Part shown: positions 11,001 through 23,892 of the stretch, piece after piece
Position numbering within the stretch: position 1 is the stretch's first letter
Layout: each line of letters starts with the position of its first letter
Source of the DNA: Selaginella moellendorffii
Lineage: Eukaryota; Plantae; Lycopodiophyta
Length of the DNA stretch: 64,000 bases
Assembly (NCBI RefSeq): GCF_000143415.4
Contig: NW_003314265.1
Span: 262,405-326,404 of the forward strand
Direction of reading: 5' to 3'
Translations under genes and position numbers: made by a program
The notes under the pieces: generated by a model
What the model saw: only the letters and a program-made list of their open reading frames with translations
Told to the model about the DNA's origin: nothing
Database searches by the model: none

Positions 11001-12275
11001 AAGGCAGTGAAAGAAACCGTTAAAGCTGCTGAGACAGAGACTCTTTCCGAGAGCGAGGCATCTGATACCGAAGTGGATCGACTGCCTTCTATCCGGAAAT
11101 TCATTTCTCCTGGTCGAGGCAAAGGCGTCCCACTCATGGATCCAGTTGCAAGTCTTATTGGTCTACACACGCCAACAGATGAGCTACTTCAGGAGGAAGA
11201 AGCTTTGGAGAGTCAGCAAGGTGAACAGGATGAAAGTTTGCCTGCTCTGCCTTTCGAATCGAGACGAGGCAAAGGCAGGGGGAAAGTCATCGATCCCACT
11301 ACTGTTGCTGCTGAAGTGAAGCGATCGAAACTTAAGAGGGAAGAAGCAGCGGCGAGAGCCATGGCTATTCTGGAAGGTGGTTTGGGGAAGTCTCAGATGT
11401 CCGCTTATCTGGAGAGGAGGAAGAAGAGATTCAGCGATCAGTTTTCACTGGGGGACGTTACCAGCAAACGAACAACCGAAATAAGACCGGGTGGCGGAGT
11501 CAAGAAAAGTAGTAGAGGCAAACAAGTGGTGCCTCAAGGTGTGATAGATTTGGATGGAGCCATCGAGTACGTAGCGCCGCAAGAGTATATGGCGAAAGGG
11601 GACGCTCTTACGAAGGTGGAGGAAGCGATCAAGGGAACTTTGCACAGGCATTTCATGGTACGTTACTATTGTGTTTTTCTGTTCTTTCCCGGTTCTTGAC
11701 GTTTTTGGTTCCCGCGAATTGCAGCTGGATGTTGACCCGGAGGCTGCAATGGAGGAGTTTGGAACAAATCCAGATATTGATGACAAACCTTTGCCAACGT
11801 TGGAGGAATCACTGGACAGAGCCAAACGAAAGCTCGTTTCGCAGGATGGCATTGACGAAAAAGCATGGGAGGTAAGAGCAAAATCGTCGTTCTTCTCTCA
11901 GATTCTTTGGCTCTAATGAGCTACAAAAAAACTTTGCAGGAAGCCGTGCAAGACGTGAAAGAGCGTGCCCCGCAACTCCAGTCTCTGATCGAAACTTACA
12001 CGGGCCCCCAGCAGAAATCCGGGAAGAAGAAGAACGAGGAGCTCCATAAGATCGTGAAAGCGCTCCCACCGTTTGCCAGTCCCGAGCTAGCGGCGTTTGC
12101 CAAGAGAGCGATGGTCACTCTTCAAGTAAGCTAGATCTTCTTCTCTACTTGGATAGATCGCTCACGAAATTTTTCTTGGCAGAACAATCCCGATTGGAGC
12201 CATGGAAACAAAACCAAGCTCTTGAAGAGGCTCGTGGCCGACGCTAGACAACTCCACGAGAGTGGGGCTTCTTAA
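8083..12275 (+). CDS. At1g53645-like plant mitoribosome-associated protein (mS31/mS46-type), expanded to ~1270 aa
   Basis: N-terminus MRGALDRR..GRGRGR; C-terminal domain FGTNPDIDDKP..YTGPQQKSGKKKNEEL..LQNNPDWS matches the recalled At1g53645 FGSNPDIDEKP..YSGP..KSNPGW. Exons 8083-8505, 8585-8608, 8659-8688, 8745-11657, 11725-11871, 11940-12125, 12183-12275. Confidence 0.8.
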
Positions 12276-12324
12276 ACCCAGAATTTTCAATGTAAGAGGT
12301 TTTGTTCTAGGGCTCTTGGAAGCC

Positions 12325-15300
12325 ATGGTGATGGCGCTCCAGATTTCCGCGTCGTCGCCGGCCTTCCCGATCGATTCTCCAGCTCCAGCTCCACGATTCG
12401 TGTATCCGCGAGCAATGCCGTCGATCCGATGGCCGCAGCACAGCGATTACGCCTCGAGAAGGACAGGAAGAGGCACCGCCGAGGAGAGCGAGGACTCGCC
12501 ATCGCATTCGCATTCGCATTTCCAGCAAGAGAATGCCGCCGGGGAGAGGGAGCCGTTGTACGTGGTTCTGGATCCCCAGAAGCCGAAGAAGATGTGGCGG
12601 CAGTACCGCGGTGAGTACCTCCAGCCGCCGCTCATGGCTGTGCTAGAGCCCGTCAAGCCGCGCAAGATGTCCAAGCTCGCGCTCAAGCGCGCCAAGGACT
12701 GGCGGCAGCGCGTCCAGCGGCTGTCGGACGCGATTTGCCGGCTGGACGAGCACGAATTCGTGCGCGAGACGGTGGATGGCTGGAAGGAGCAGCTCGCCCC
12801 CACGGATTTGTGCTACGTCGTGAAGCGAGTGGCAAACACGAGCTGGCAGCGCGCGCTGGAGCTCTACGAGTGCCTCAACGTTGCTCGCTGGTACGCTCCC
12901 AATCCAAGGATGCTGGCGGTGATGCTATCGGTGCTGGGGAGAGCGAATCAGCCCGGCCTAGCGCAAGAGCTCTTCGACCGAGCGGAGTCGAGCATTGGCA
13001 ATTGCGTCCAAGTTTACAACTCGCTCATGAGCGTCTACGCGAGGCATGGAGATTGGAACAGCGTCCAGCAGCTTCTCTGCCGGATGCAAGATAGAGGATG
13101 CCGGCCGGATCTCGTCACCTTTAACATCGTGATCAAGGCGAGAACTCGGGGTGGCATGCAAGAGGGTCTCGCCTCCTCGCTCCTCCAGGACGTCTACGCT
13201 GCTGGTCTCAGGCCGGATACCATCACGTACAACACTTTGATCAGCGCTTGCAGCCTCAACAACAGGCTGAGCGACGCCATTTTGATCTTCGAGGAGATGC
13301 AGCGGCAGGGGTGTGATCCGGATATCTGGACGTACAACGCGATGATCTCGGTCTATGGTCGAGCTGGGAGAGTCGAGGCTGCGAGCTCCATCTTTAGGAT
13401 CATGCAAGAGCAGGGCTTTACTCCGGATGCCGTGACTTACAACTCGGTGCTCCATGCTTTCGCCAGGGACGGGAGGATTGAGGAGGTGGAGAGGATCCGA
13501 GGGATGATGAGAGACGCCCGCTGCTCCTCGGACGAGATAACGTACAACACGATGATACACATGTATGGGAAGGCGGGGATGCACAGGAAGGCCGAGGAGC
13601 TTTACGTCCAGATGAAGGAGGAAGGACGCTGCCCGGATTCGGTGACTTTCACGGTTTTGATCGACACGCTCGGCAAGGCTGGGTTTGTGAACGAGGCAGC
13701 GGCTATGTTCGAAGACATGCTCAAGTCGCAAGTCAGGCCAACTCTGCAAGCTTTCAGCGCCATGATTTGTGCGTATGCAAAGGCGGATATGTTTACTGAT
13801 GCGGAACACACTTACAGCTGCATGCTTCGTGCTGGAGTTCGTCCCGACCTCTTGGCTTACTCGGTGATGCTGGACGTCTTCTTCAAGGCTGGAATGCCAG
13901 AGAAGTGCATAATTCTATACAAGGCTATGGTTGGCTCGGGCTTGAAGCCGGAGCTCAGCGTCTACGCCATCATGGTTCGGGTCTTCTATCAGAAAAGTTC
14001 TGTAGCGGAGATCGAGAACCTTAGCAAGGAGATGGTGCAGTCCAGTGCTAGCTTGGCCGCGCTTTCTTCCACGCTTGCTAAAGGTGGATTCTATGCGGAA
14101 GCCGCGGTTGTGTTGAAGATCTCCTTTGCGCAAGGGGTGGCAGTGAAGGTGGAAACACTCAACGACGTTCTCGGTGCCTTTGAGGCATCCGGGAAGCTCA
14201 GTGACGCGCGAGATTTGGTTCACGCGGTGTCGAGCATCGAGCCTAGTGTTGCTGCTCACCTGTACAAGAGACTGGCGGTGATGCTGGCAAAAGCTGGAAG
14301 GTTCAGTGAAGCGGAGGAGGAGATGAGAACATCTCAGACTTACGGCCAGGTACAGGTTTCCGACTTTCTCAAGGTGTTGGTCGCTTCCTATGATCGAGCT
14401 GGCATGCAAGACGAAGCTCTTGCTCGGTTTCTGGATATGACAACAGAGGGATTGGAAATGGACGCTGAAGTTCTTCAAACTGCTGTGATGTGCTACTGTC
14501 GCAAGGGGTTTGCTTTCGTTGCGCACGAGCTTCTGATCGATTGCCTCCATGCCTTTGACGTTAAGGACTCAGCCATGCACGTTGCGATTATCGCATCTTA
14601 TGGAAAGTTGAAGCTGTGGCAGAATGCCGAGATCGTTTTCAGAGATTTGCAGCAGCATGGTTTTGCTGGAAACACATCCGCCTACAGCGCGTTGCTCTCA
14701 GCTTATGCCGAGACTGGAAACTTTGAGCGAGCTACGAGAGCACTGGACAATATGGTGGCCGCCGGTCTACAGCCCAACGCTACCTGTGCAAACTACGTGC
14801 TCGAAGCCTTTGGGAGAGCTGGGAAAGCAAAAGAGATAAGTGAGTTCTTTCAGCGCTTGCCTGAGATGGGGATAAGTCCTAACTCAAGAACGTTTGTGGT
14901 GATTTTTCATGCTTTTAGCAGGAATGGAAATCTGGAAGAAGCTAGGAGCATGTACCGGCAGATGAAAGAGGCCGGATTTTCTCCCAGCATCCAGGTGTTC
15001 AAGGCTTTGCTTGCTTTATACTCCAGAGAAACGGTTGAGATCGATGCTGAAGAGCTTGTCAAGGACATCAAGAAGGCAGGATTGGAGCTCGACATAGATA
15101 TCTATAACCATATGATCAGCTTATACAGCAAGCTCGGAAGCTACAGAAACGCGGCCTTGGTCTTCAAAGGGATGCAAGAAATAGGCTGCTCGCCGGATGC
15201 CACCACTTTCAACACACTTATCATGCTCTACAGCCGCAACCAGATGGTGCAAGAGGCTCAAGCTCTTCTCAGGGAAATGATTAAAACAGGCAATGCTCCA

Positions 15301-16911
15301 AACATCTCGACGTACACGACACTCATCTCGGCTTACGGTCGTCTCCAGGCATATGAGGATGCTGAGCTTGTTTTCAAGAGCATTGCGGAAACCGGGTGCA
15401 AGCCTGATGCTACAGCGTACAATGTGATGATCAACGTGTACCGGAAAGCTGGGGAGCACAGGAAGATAGAGGAGATCATAGAGCAGATGAAAGTCGATGG
15501 CTTTGAACCGAGCCTGACGACGATTCACATGCTCATGGATTCTTACGGGAAAGGTGGTGCTACTGGAAAGGCCGAAGAGGTTCTCGAAACGCTACCAGAG
15601 ATTGGAATGAGCCCGGACGCCATCCACTATACGAGCATCATCAACTCCCACTTGAACAACAAGGATTATTTGTCTGCGGTGATATGGCTGAGAAAGATGA
15701 CCGACGCTTGTGTTCGGCCCACTCATGTTACAATAACTTGCTTCGTCGGGGCTGCGTCGGTCTGCGAAAGGTCAAGTCATGCGTTGATGCTTCTGAAAGC
15801 TTTGTCCGAAGCTGGTTTCTCGCTCCCTTTGAGGTAAGTTTTTTTTCCTTTGCGATTCGATTCTTACTAAGTGTTCGTTGTTTTCTTTTCGTTTTCAGGC
15901 TTATGACCGAATGCACTCCCAAGGTGGTGCAGGACATGCAAGACATATTCGATCAGTTGCAAGAGTCTGGCCCCGAAGCATGCCAAGGGGTTGTAAACGT
16001 GCTTATGGACTTGCTCTGGGCATTCCGGCAGTGCGCAACAGCAGCTTTGGTGTTTGCAGTGGCGATTGAGAGCAACATTTACACCCAAGTTTTAGCCAGG
16101 TACCTGACAACAACCTTTGGAGCAAATAGCTGACACGTTTGCTCGTGTTTTTGACTCCCAGGGTGAAAGACAGGAACTGGGGAGCGGACTTTCGTAGACT
16201 GTCGCCAGGGGCCTCACTGGTCGCTTTGATACTCTGGCTGGATCAAATGCAGGTACAACGTACATTCGTTTACGCTCAATATCATACTTACGAACTAGCC
16301 CTCAGGACGCTTCACTGCAAGGATCGCCAGTTCCACCAAAGTCCATCCAGATAGACATAGGAAGCAGCAAGCTAAACAACCAGGCCTCGGTGAGAAACAC
16401 AATCAAAGCTCACCTTTGGCAGATGGGGTCACCGTTTCTTCCATCGAAAACGAGGGCCGGAGTCCTGGTCGCAAAGAGCCACGCTCTGTGCATGTGGCTC
16501 AAGGAATCGCCTTACTGCCTCGACCTGGAGCTCAAGAACACGAAGACTCTGCCCGACACAAACGCCATCCAGGTTTACAACGGTGCTTTCGTGTGGGCCG
16601 GGCTGGCACCGGCCATCCAAGAGATCGACGAGACAATGGGGGACATACTCCCCAAGAAGTTCGCCAGGCTCGTCCATCTCACCCCGGAAGGACGAACAGC
16701 GGCCATGGAAGCCGACTTGAGGGGGAGAGCTGAAAAGCTGGCCAAGCAGCTCAGGGTGAAGCTCCCGAAAGCTAGCAGTCAAGTGGAGAAGAAGAAGGAA
16801 GAGAAGAGGCTGAGGAAAGCTGGGAAGATGAGGCAGTCACCAAAGCTTGCAAGACCAAGAGAGAAACAAAGGTTTGATGATAGCAAAAGCCTCAATAATA
16901 TAAGAGTTTGA
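12325..16911 (+). CDS. EMB1270: Plastid P-class PPR protein with C-terminal SMR-like domain (At3g18110 ortholog)
   Basis: More than 20 tandem 35-aa PPR motifs; PSIRWP, DWRQRV, WGADFRRLSPGASLVALILWLDQMQDAS and LWQMGSPFLP..AKSHALCMWLKESP. Three 3' introns. Confidence 0.88.
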
Positions 16912-17081
16912 TCATACTCTCAAGATTTGTGCGTCTTAGTATCACTGAAAACCAACTTGGTGGACTAAGTTTGTGGAAAACTGAGAATTGTCCGTTTTGA
17001 GAGTGCCAGACTTTTTTTTCAAACACATCAAGCCCTAATATTTAATGTGCTCTTTTGCCCTAGTCAGGGGGAGCGGCAGGA

Positions 17082-19567
17082 ATGTGTGGGATTCTAGCGA
17101 TTCTCGGCTACCATGAGGCGCATCTCCAGCGCAGCAAGGTGCTGGATCTCTCTCGCAGGTATCACGCGGCAGCGATCCAGGGTTTAAGGTGCTGAAATGA
17201 AGGGTGTTTTTGCTAGGTTGAGGCACCGGGGCCCCGATTGGAGCGGCCTGTATCATCACCAGAATTTCTATCTTGCTCATGAGAGGCTGGCGATCGTCGA
17301 CCCCGCTTCCGGGGATCAGCCGCTCTACAATGAGGACAAGTCGATCGTCGTTGCGGTACTCCACGTTTTCTTCTTTTTATTTTTTCGCGGGGTGTATCAT
17401 GCTTTTCCATTCTTGCAGGTTAACGGCGAGGTTTACAACCACGAAGCTCTCAAGGCGTCAATGGAGCACAACTACAACACGCAGAGCGATTGCGAAGTCA
17501 TTGCCCATCTGGTACGAGCGTTGAGAGAGTTCTACTGTCTTAGCTATTTTTCTTTCCCTCGTTGTTTCTCAGTACGAGGACTTTGGAGAAGACATGGTCC
17601 AGAAGCTAGATGGGATGTTCTCCTTTGTGCTCCTCGACACACGAGACAATAGCTTCATAGCTGCTCGTGACCCGATTGGAATCACGCCTTTGTACTTTGG
17701 CTGGGGTTCCGATGGTATGTCACCCTGGTTTGTTCCAAAAGGTTTCTCAGTTTTATTTTCTTCGTTTTCTTTGCAGGATCTGTATGGTTCGCGTCAGAGA
17801 TGAAAGCTCTTGTGGATGACTGTGAACGGTTTGAAACTTTCCCTCCTGGGCATTTATACTCTAGCAAAGCAGGTCATTCGCAGCTACGTAGTTCTCTGGC
17901 TGACTAAGCTGAACTTCTTCTTGGACAGGAGGCTTGCGAAGGTGGTATAATCCACCTTGGTTTTCTGAGTCGATTCCGTCCATGCCTTACAATCCCTTGG
18001 CACTTCGTGAAGCATTCGAAAAGGTTTGTCTATTATTATTCCTTTGAATCAAATTTGAGCTTTCTTGCGCTTGCTCTTCCAGGCAGTTGTCAAGAGGCTT
18101 ATGACAGATGTTCCATTCGGGGTGCTACTCTCTGGGGGCCTTGACTCGTCTCTAGTTGCCTCCGTGGCTTCAAGGCACCTAGCTAGTACGAAAGCTGGGA
18201 GACAGTGGGGACCCCAGCTTCACACCTTCTGCGTAGGCTTGAAAGTAAGCAGGTTAATTCTCACTGTTTAATAATCTAGACTACGTGCTTCTCAGGGTTC
18301 TCCAGATCTCAAGGCGGCAAAAGAAGTTGCCGATTACCTTGGAACAATCCATCATGAGTTTTACTTTACAATTCAGGTAGTTTCATTGTCGATATAGTTT
18401 TTATTTAGTTTTGTGGGAATTTGACAGGAAGGTCTAGATGCACTTCGTGACGTAATCTATCACATTGAGACGTACGACGTGACAACAATCAGGGCCAGCA
18501 CCCCGATGTTTCTAATGTCACGGAAGATCAAAGCTCTTGGTGTCAAAATGGTGCTGTCTGGGGAAGGATCAGACGAAATTTTTGGCGGTTACCTTTACTT
18601 CCACAAGGCTCCTAACAAGGAAGAATTCCACCGGGAAACCTGCAGAAAGGTACAAACGCCATGCACTGCTTTCTTACACATTGAAAGCTTATTTCATGCA
18701 GATAAAATCGCTCTATTTGTACGACTGTTTGAGAGCAAACAAGGCGACATCTGCATGGGGTGTGGAAGCAAGGGTTCCATTTCTAGACAAGGAGTTCGTT
18801 GACATTGCAATGAGTATTGATCCATCTGAGAAAATGGTTTGTTTCCTTTAGTAACGAGTGCAATCGTTTCCTTACATGTTTCTCTTGTTCTGCAGATTCG
18901 ACCTGGCGAAAGGATAGAAAAGTGGATTATGAGACGAGCGTTTGATGATGAAGAAAAACCTTATTTACCGAAGGTAGCGAGAGCGGTCGTGTTTGATGAA
19001 GCTAATCAAGGCTTTTTACTTTTTTGCAGCACATTTTGTATCGGCAGAAGGAGCAGTTTAGTGACGGGGTCGGGTATGGCTGGATCGATTCTTTAAAAGC
19101 CTTTGCTACAAAGCAGGTAACGGTGTGGATCGAGTTTTTTATCAGGGTGCCATTGTGTATATAACCACGCAGGTGAGCGATCGTATGATGGCAAATGCTA
19201 TGTTCGTCTATCCTCACAACACCCCACAAACAAAAGAAGCATACTACTATCGCATGCTCTTTGAGAGAGTCTTTCCACAGGTACGAGAATCAGTACACCA
19301 CGCTCAGGTCGACTAACGTCAATGAAACACACACAGGAATCTGCGAGACTGAGTGTTCCTGGCGGCCCGAGCGTGGCATGTAGCACAGCGGCTGCAGTAG
19401 CCTGGGACGAGGCATGGTCCAAAAACCTGGATCCATCGGGAAGAGCTGCCACTGGCGTCCATGCGGACGCATACGAGTCATCAGAGGCACACCCTCAAAC
19501 CAGCACGGTGGAGGAAATTAGCAAGGAGCAGCTTAAACTCTGTCCTCAAGTTGTGGTGGCATCGTGA
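17082..19567 (+). CDS. ASN: Asparagine synthetase, glutamine-hydrolysing
   Basis: MCGILAILG start, [58 protein letters not shown] and [10 protein letters not shown]. About 14 short GT-AG introns. Confidence 0.97.
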
Positions 19568-19646
19568 CTGTTTCCTTGTTTTATAAATTTGTTCCAAGAC
19601 AAGCCCAAATGGTAATACTTTAGTAAATTTATTTATTACCTTAAAC

Positions 19647-22600
19647 TATGAGTGTTATAAATTCTTAAAATATTTGTTTGTCTATTAATATTAGTGTTTT
19701 GATAGCCATTCTATTGGTTTAAATTTAGACCATTCACTTTTATATATAAATTAGGGTTTTGGGTTATTATTTTCATATTCCATACACTCTGTTTTGATTG
19801 TCCCTGATGAGTACTTGAATTTAAGATTTTGGTTTAGATCTTACTTTTGCATTATTTAAATTTCATTTCATTTCTTTTTCTTTTATCCTTTTCATTCCAG
19901 AGTAGCAACTTCCTCATTATTTGACTCTAGAGTAATAATCAGTGTAATTGTTTGATGCTATATAGTTGTAGTTGAACAATCAAACTTAGTGGATAGCAAT
20001 ATTCACAATACATGAAACAACTCCTTTTACTCCTACTATTAATCCTCATGTTTAGCCAAAATTATTCCATGGAAATGATATATATTTTGGTTCAATCACT
20101 TTATAGTGATTATTAGTTATCATTCTTGAGATGATGCTCAGGATTTGTATTCATTGGTGTTGTCATTCATTAAAGACATTGTAATAATACAATGGTTTGA
20201 ACATAGCCACTTGTGCAAATTGAAGCATTCTCTTAAACATCTATAAACATGCATTTGGATATACTAATAATTATGATAATGTCTTCTAACAATTGCATTA
20301 TCTTTATTAAGAGTCATTTGAGTCAATGATGCAATTTGGCATTTGCTTCAAAAACCTCTTGTTTTGTCTAGAGCTAAATATATTGAAGCAAGTCAAGTTC
20401 AGAATGTTGTGGCTAGCACTTCATCAAAATCTTGTTAAACTTGTGCATACACTTGCTTTAGCCACCTGATGATGCTTTTTGACTGATACAACGTTATAAT
20501 ATATTGCTTCTTCCACTTCTCACTGCACATTCTTCCGCTCTACTTCTTGTGGGAGATAGTTATATTCTAATAGAAGTTGATGTTATTGTTGCTCGTGTTC
20601 AAAGATAATAGCAAAGACATGGCCGTGGGTTGTGATATCCACTATTGAGCATGTGTTATACATATCGGCATTGTTAGCATTTTCTGGACTAGCATCAACA
20701 ACATTATGTTAGTGCTACTATAGTGAAAGGTCTTAACACAAAGATTTTTTTGGGAAACAAGGAGTTGCGCAAGTAATAAAGGGTTCTTGTGTGAATAAAT
20801 CAATAACTCCTTCATCTTTCTTTTGAGAGTACTATCAAAAGCTTCACTTAAAGTTCATTTAGTGTTTACTTTGGAAACTCATTTTTATAACACTATTCTC
20901 TTTGTATTAGTTGATATAGACTTGCTCAACTTATTACTATATATTGCTATTTACAATTGTGTTGAGTGGTAAAGTTAGTCTTCATTCTTTATAACAATGG
21001 CTATGCATTTGTAAGGGATAAGGCAAACCTAACTGTATGTATAGGAGATCTTTACCTTAAATTTCAATTGTTGTAGATAATCAAGCTTTTGACCTCATCC
21101 TTGGTATGAATTTATTATAGCACAATTATGTCAACTGTGACTTTGAGGTTTCTCCCTCTTATCTTATACTTTATATTTCTTCAATTCCTCTTAATTTTAT
21201 TCCTTTTCATCTCTTTTTACTTCGATCACTTTTGTCTCCCTATTACTTCCTATTGTGTTTCCATCTTGCTCTTTTTTTCCCTCTCTAGATCTTTTTGACG
21301 GTATTTATGTTGCTATAGTGGACTGATTCAAGGATATTGATATCTTCGACTTTGACATATCATTTAGGGCTAAGATTGCAATATATCATTTTATTCCAAC
21401 TAAGGATGCTCGTCTAATTAAGGTTCCAAAAGAGATCAAAATTTTATGCACGAACATCAAGAAAATGTTATAAAAGGGTGTTATCTAAAAATCTCAAAAT
21501 CCTTAGGCATATGAACCTCATTTTGTAATAAAGTCTGATGGGAGTATTTACTTCTACATTAACTATTGTTCATTAAACAAGATGACTATCCTAAATATAT
21601 ACCTTCTTCCTTACACTACTGATCTCTTGGATCATTTGGAGAGAAATTATTGGTTCACCAAGTTAAATATTTCTTCTGGGTATTAGCAAGTGTTAATGGT
21701 TGAGGAAGATATTCCTAAGACTACTTTTCATACATTATTTAATTTATATAAATTCTTGGTGATGCTATTTAATTTAAAAAATGCTCTAATAACTTTCCAA
21801 CAGATAATGGACAAAGTTCTTTTAGATATACTAAAGATGACTATTGACTATGATGTCTTGATCAATATATAGGGGATGTGGGATGAGTACATACATGATA
21901 TTCGTAAAGTATTGGATTAGTTGCAGGAAGTTAGTTTAAAGCTGAAGCAGTTAAAGTGCGTGTTTAGGTCCAATAACTCAACTTATCATATTTCTTGTAA
22001 AGGTTTGCAAGTTGATCCTGACAAACTTGTGGCTTTTTGTTGATTATATTTTTTATTGTACTACACCATTATGAGCATTATTGAAGTCGTCAACATCATC
22101 CTTTATTTGGTTGGTGGACTACAAGTGATCATTTATGGATCTCAAAAAACTGTTAACAACTCCTCCAGTTTTGGTATATTCTAACTATACTCAATTTTTA
22201 ATTTTGTGCATGAATGCTTCTAATATCAATCTTAGAGATGTGTTGATGCAAAAGAGCCCGAGTGTATTTGATCAATGCCATCCTACTATATATATTAGCC
22301 ATATATTACAATTAACAAATGTGAATTACTCTGAGTTTTTAGTAGCAATTTAGGGTTTTAAGAAGCTTCATACATATTTGTATGGTTTTCAAACATTACT
22401 AAAAAGTGATTATGTTGCAATTACTTCATTATTGAAGTAGAAGAATTTCGTTAGTTATATTGTTCAATAAGCCCTAAAGCTTTAAATATATAAATAAATA
22501 TATATAATTTATATAAATTTAATATATAAATATATGCTTCTTAATCAACTACAAGTAATAAATGCATTATTATTGCCTCTAACTATTTGACTCACTAGCT

Positions 22601-23643
22601 GAAAATTAATGCTTTTACTAGTGTGTTAGCAATTGTTGTTAAGTACTTTTTTCTCAATTGTGTGGTATTTTAACATTCTTATCTAGAGTGGATTCTCTCA
22701 GATAATAATCTCATATTTATGCCTGAGGTGTTTCATGTTTTAACATCTCGACTAGGGATATGCCACACTTTCACAAGTGTTTATTATCCACAAATAGGTA
22801 ACTTAGTGGAAGGGTTTATTTGAACCTTCAAAAGAATAATTGTGAAGAATGTAAACTTTTAATATTTAGATTAAGATGGTTATTTTCCATCTCTTTAGTA
22901 TGCATATATTACAAAGGTATAGAGTTTCGTTGATGCTCCATCATATAAACTTTTATATGGTCATGATCTGATACTACCATGAGAATTGAGTTTACCTTCA
23001 TGATTATCATAAGTTGCCAATGTTAAGTCTTTAGATCAATATTTAACAAGTGTTCTTCCACTTGTCTAAGCGGAGCCTGTTAAATACTTAGGCCATATAC
23101 AAATGGGACAACAATAGTGTTATAAGTCTCATTATCATTTACTTACAAAGTATAAAGTGGATGATTTAGTGTTGTTTGTTTTTCTAATTTTATGGTACAT
23201 GGTTTGTCTAAAGGGCTCTCTACTCAGTGGAAAGGACCATGCTAAGTGTTGTGGCAAGTTGGACCACAAGTTTATGAAGTTCAACATAATATTCAACATG
23301 TCAATCCTTTAGAAATTATGTATATAAACAATTGAAATGCTTTGTATAAAGGGATCAAGAACAACAAACACCTACAAATCCACTAGTGCCTTTTATTAAT
23401 ATTCCTTTTGATCCTGGCCCATTAATTAGAGAACTTTGACTACCTTCCATCTTTTCAAAAGGAAGGGATGATGTGAGGTCTAAATGTATGGCTATAATGC
23501 TATATACTAATATTAGAATAGTGAGATTTTAATAGTTATTAGATTAGTTTCAATTTGGACCATTTGTATATAAGCTAAGGTTTTTAAGCTAATTAATTTG
23601 CACATTTCTGTATTTTATTTCCATATTTCATGCACTCATATCA
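19647..23643 (+). mobile_element. Highly decayed full-length Ty3/gypsy LTR retrotransposon
   Basis: RT remnants YLLP, SSGY*QV..EEDIPKTTF..FLVMLFNLKNALITFQ; RNase H LTTPPVL..MNASN; integrase ILSDN, FTSVYYPQ; GPY/F-like WKGP at ~23228; polypurine tract 23457-23471 followed by TG...CA 3' LTR (~23472-23643), which resembles ~19650-19790. Many stops. Confidence 0.88.
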
Positions 23644-23705
23644 AGATTTTTTAGAATTTTAAACTATCAATTTTAACAGATTAATAAAAAATTATTGAGT
23701 AATGC

Positions 23706-23892
23706 TTATTTTCTATTAATCCAATTAATAAATTAAATTTTATAGTTATAAACATGATTTCAACCATTAAATGTTAGAATAAAATAGGATATACCATATA
23801 CTATGAAGTATTTAGGAAATTTTATAAATTATAAATTCAATATTAAATAAAAACCGTTAAGTGGTAGAATATCCAAGCATATCCTAAATATA
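23706..23892 (-). repeat. Second copy of the AT-rich element at 6110-6360 (inverted)
   Basis: aaccgttaagtggtagaatatccaag is the reverse complement of ttggatattc..taccatctaacggtt (6131-6163); tattaatccaatt is the reverse complement of aattggattaata (6340-6352). Confidence 0.7.

Noticed and set aside
12958-15528. Long antisense ORFs over EMB1270 (similarly over SMXL, AVT and the LBD genes)
   Set aside because: Shadow ORFs of GC-rich coding sequence, with no motifs of their own.
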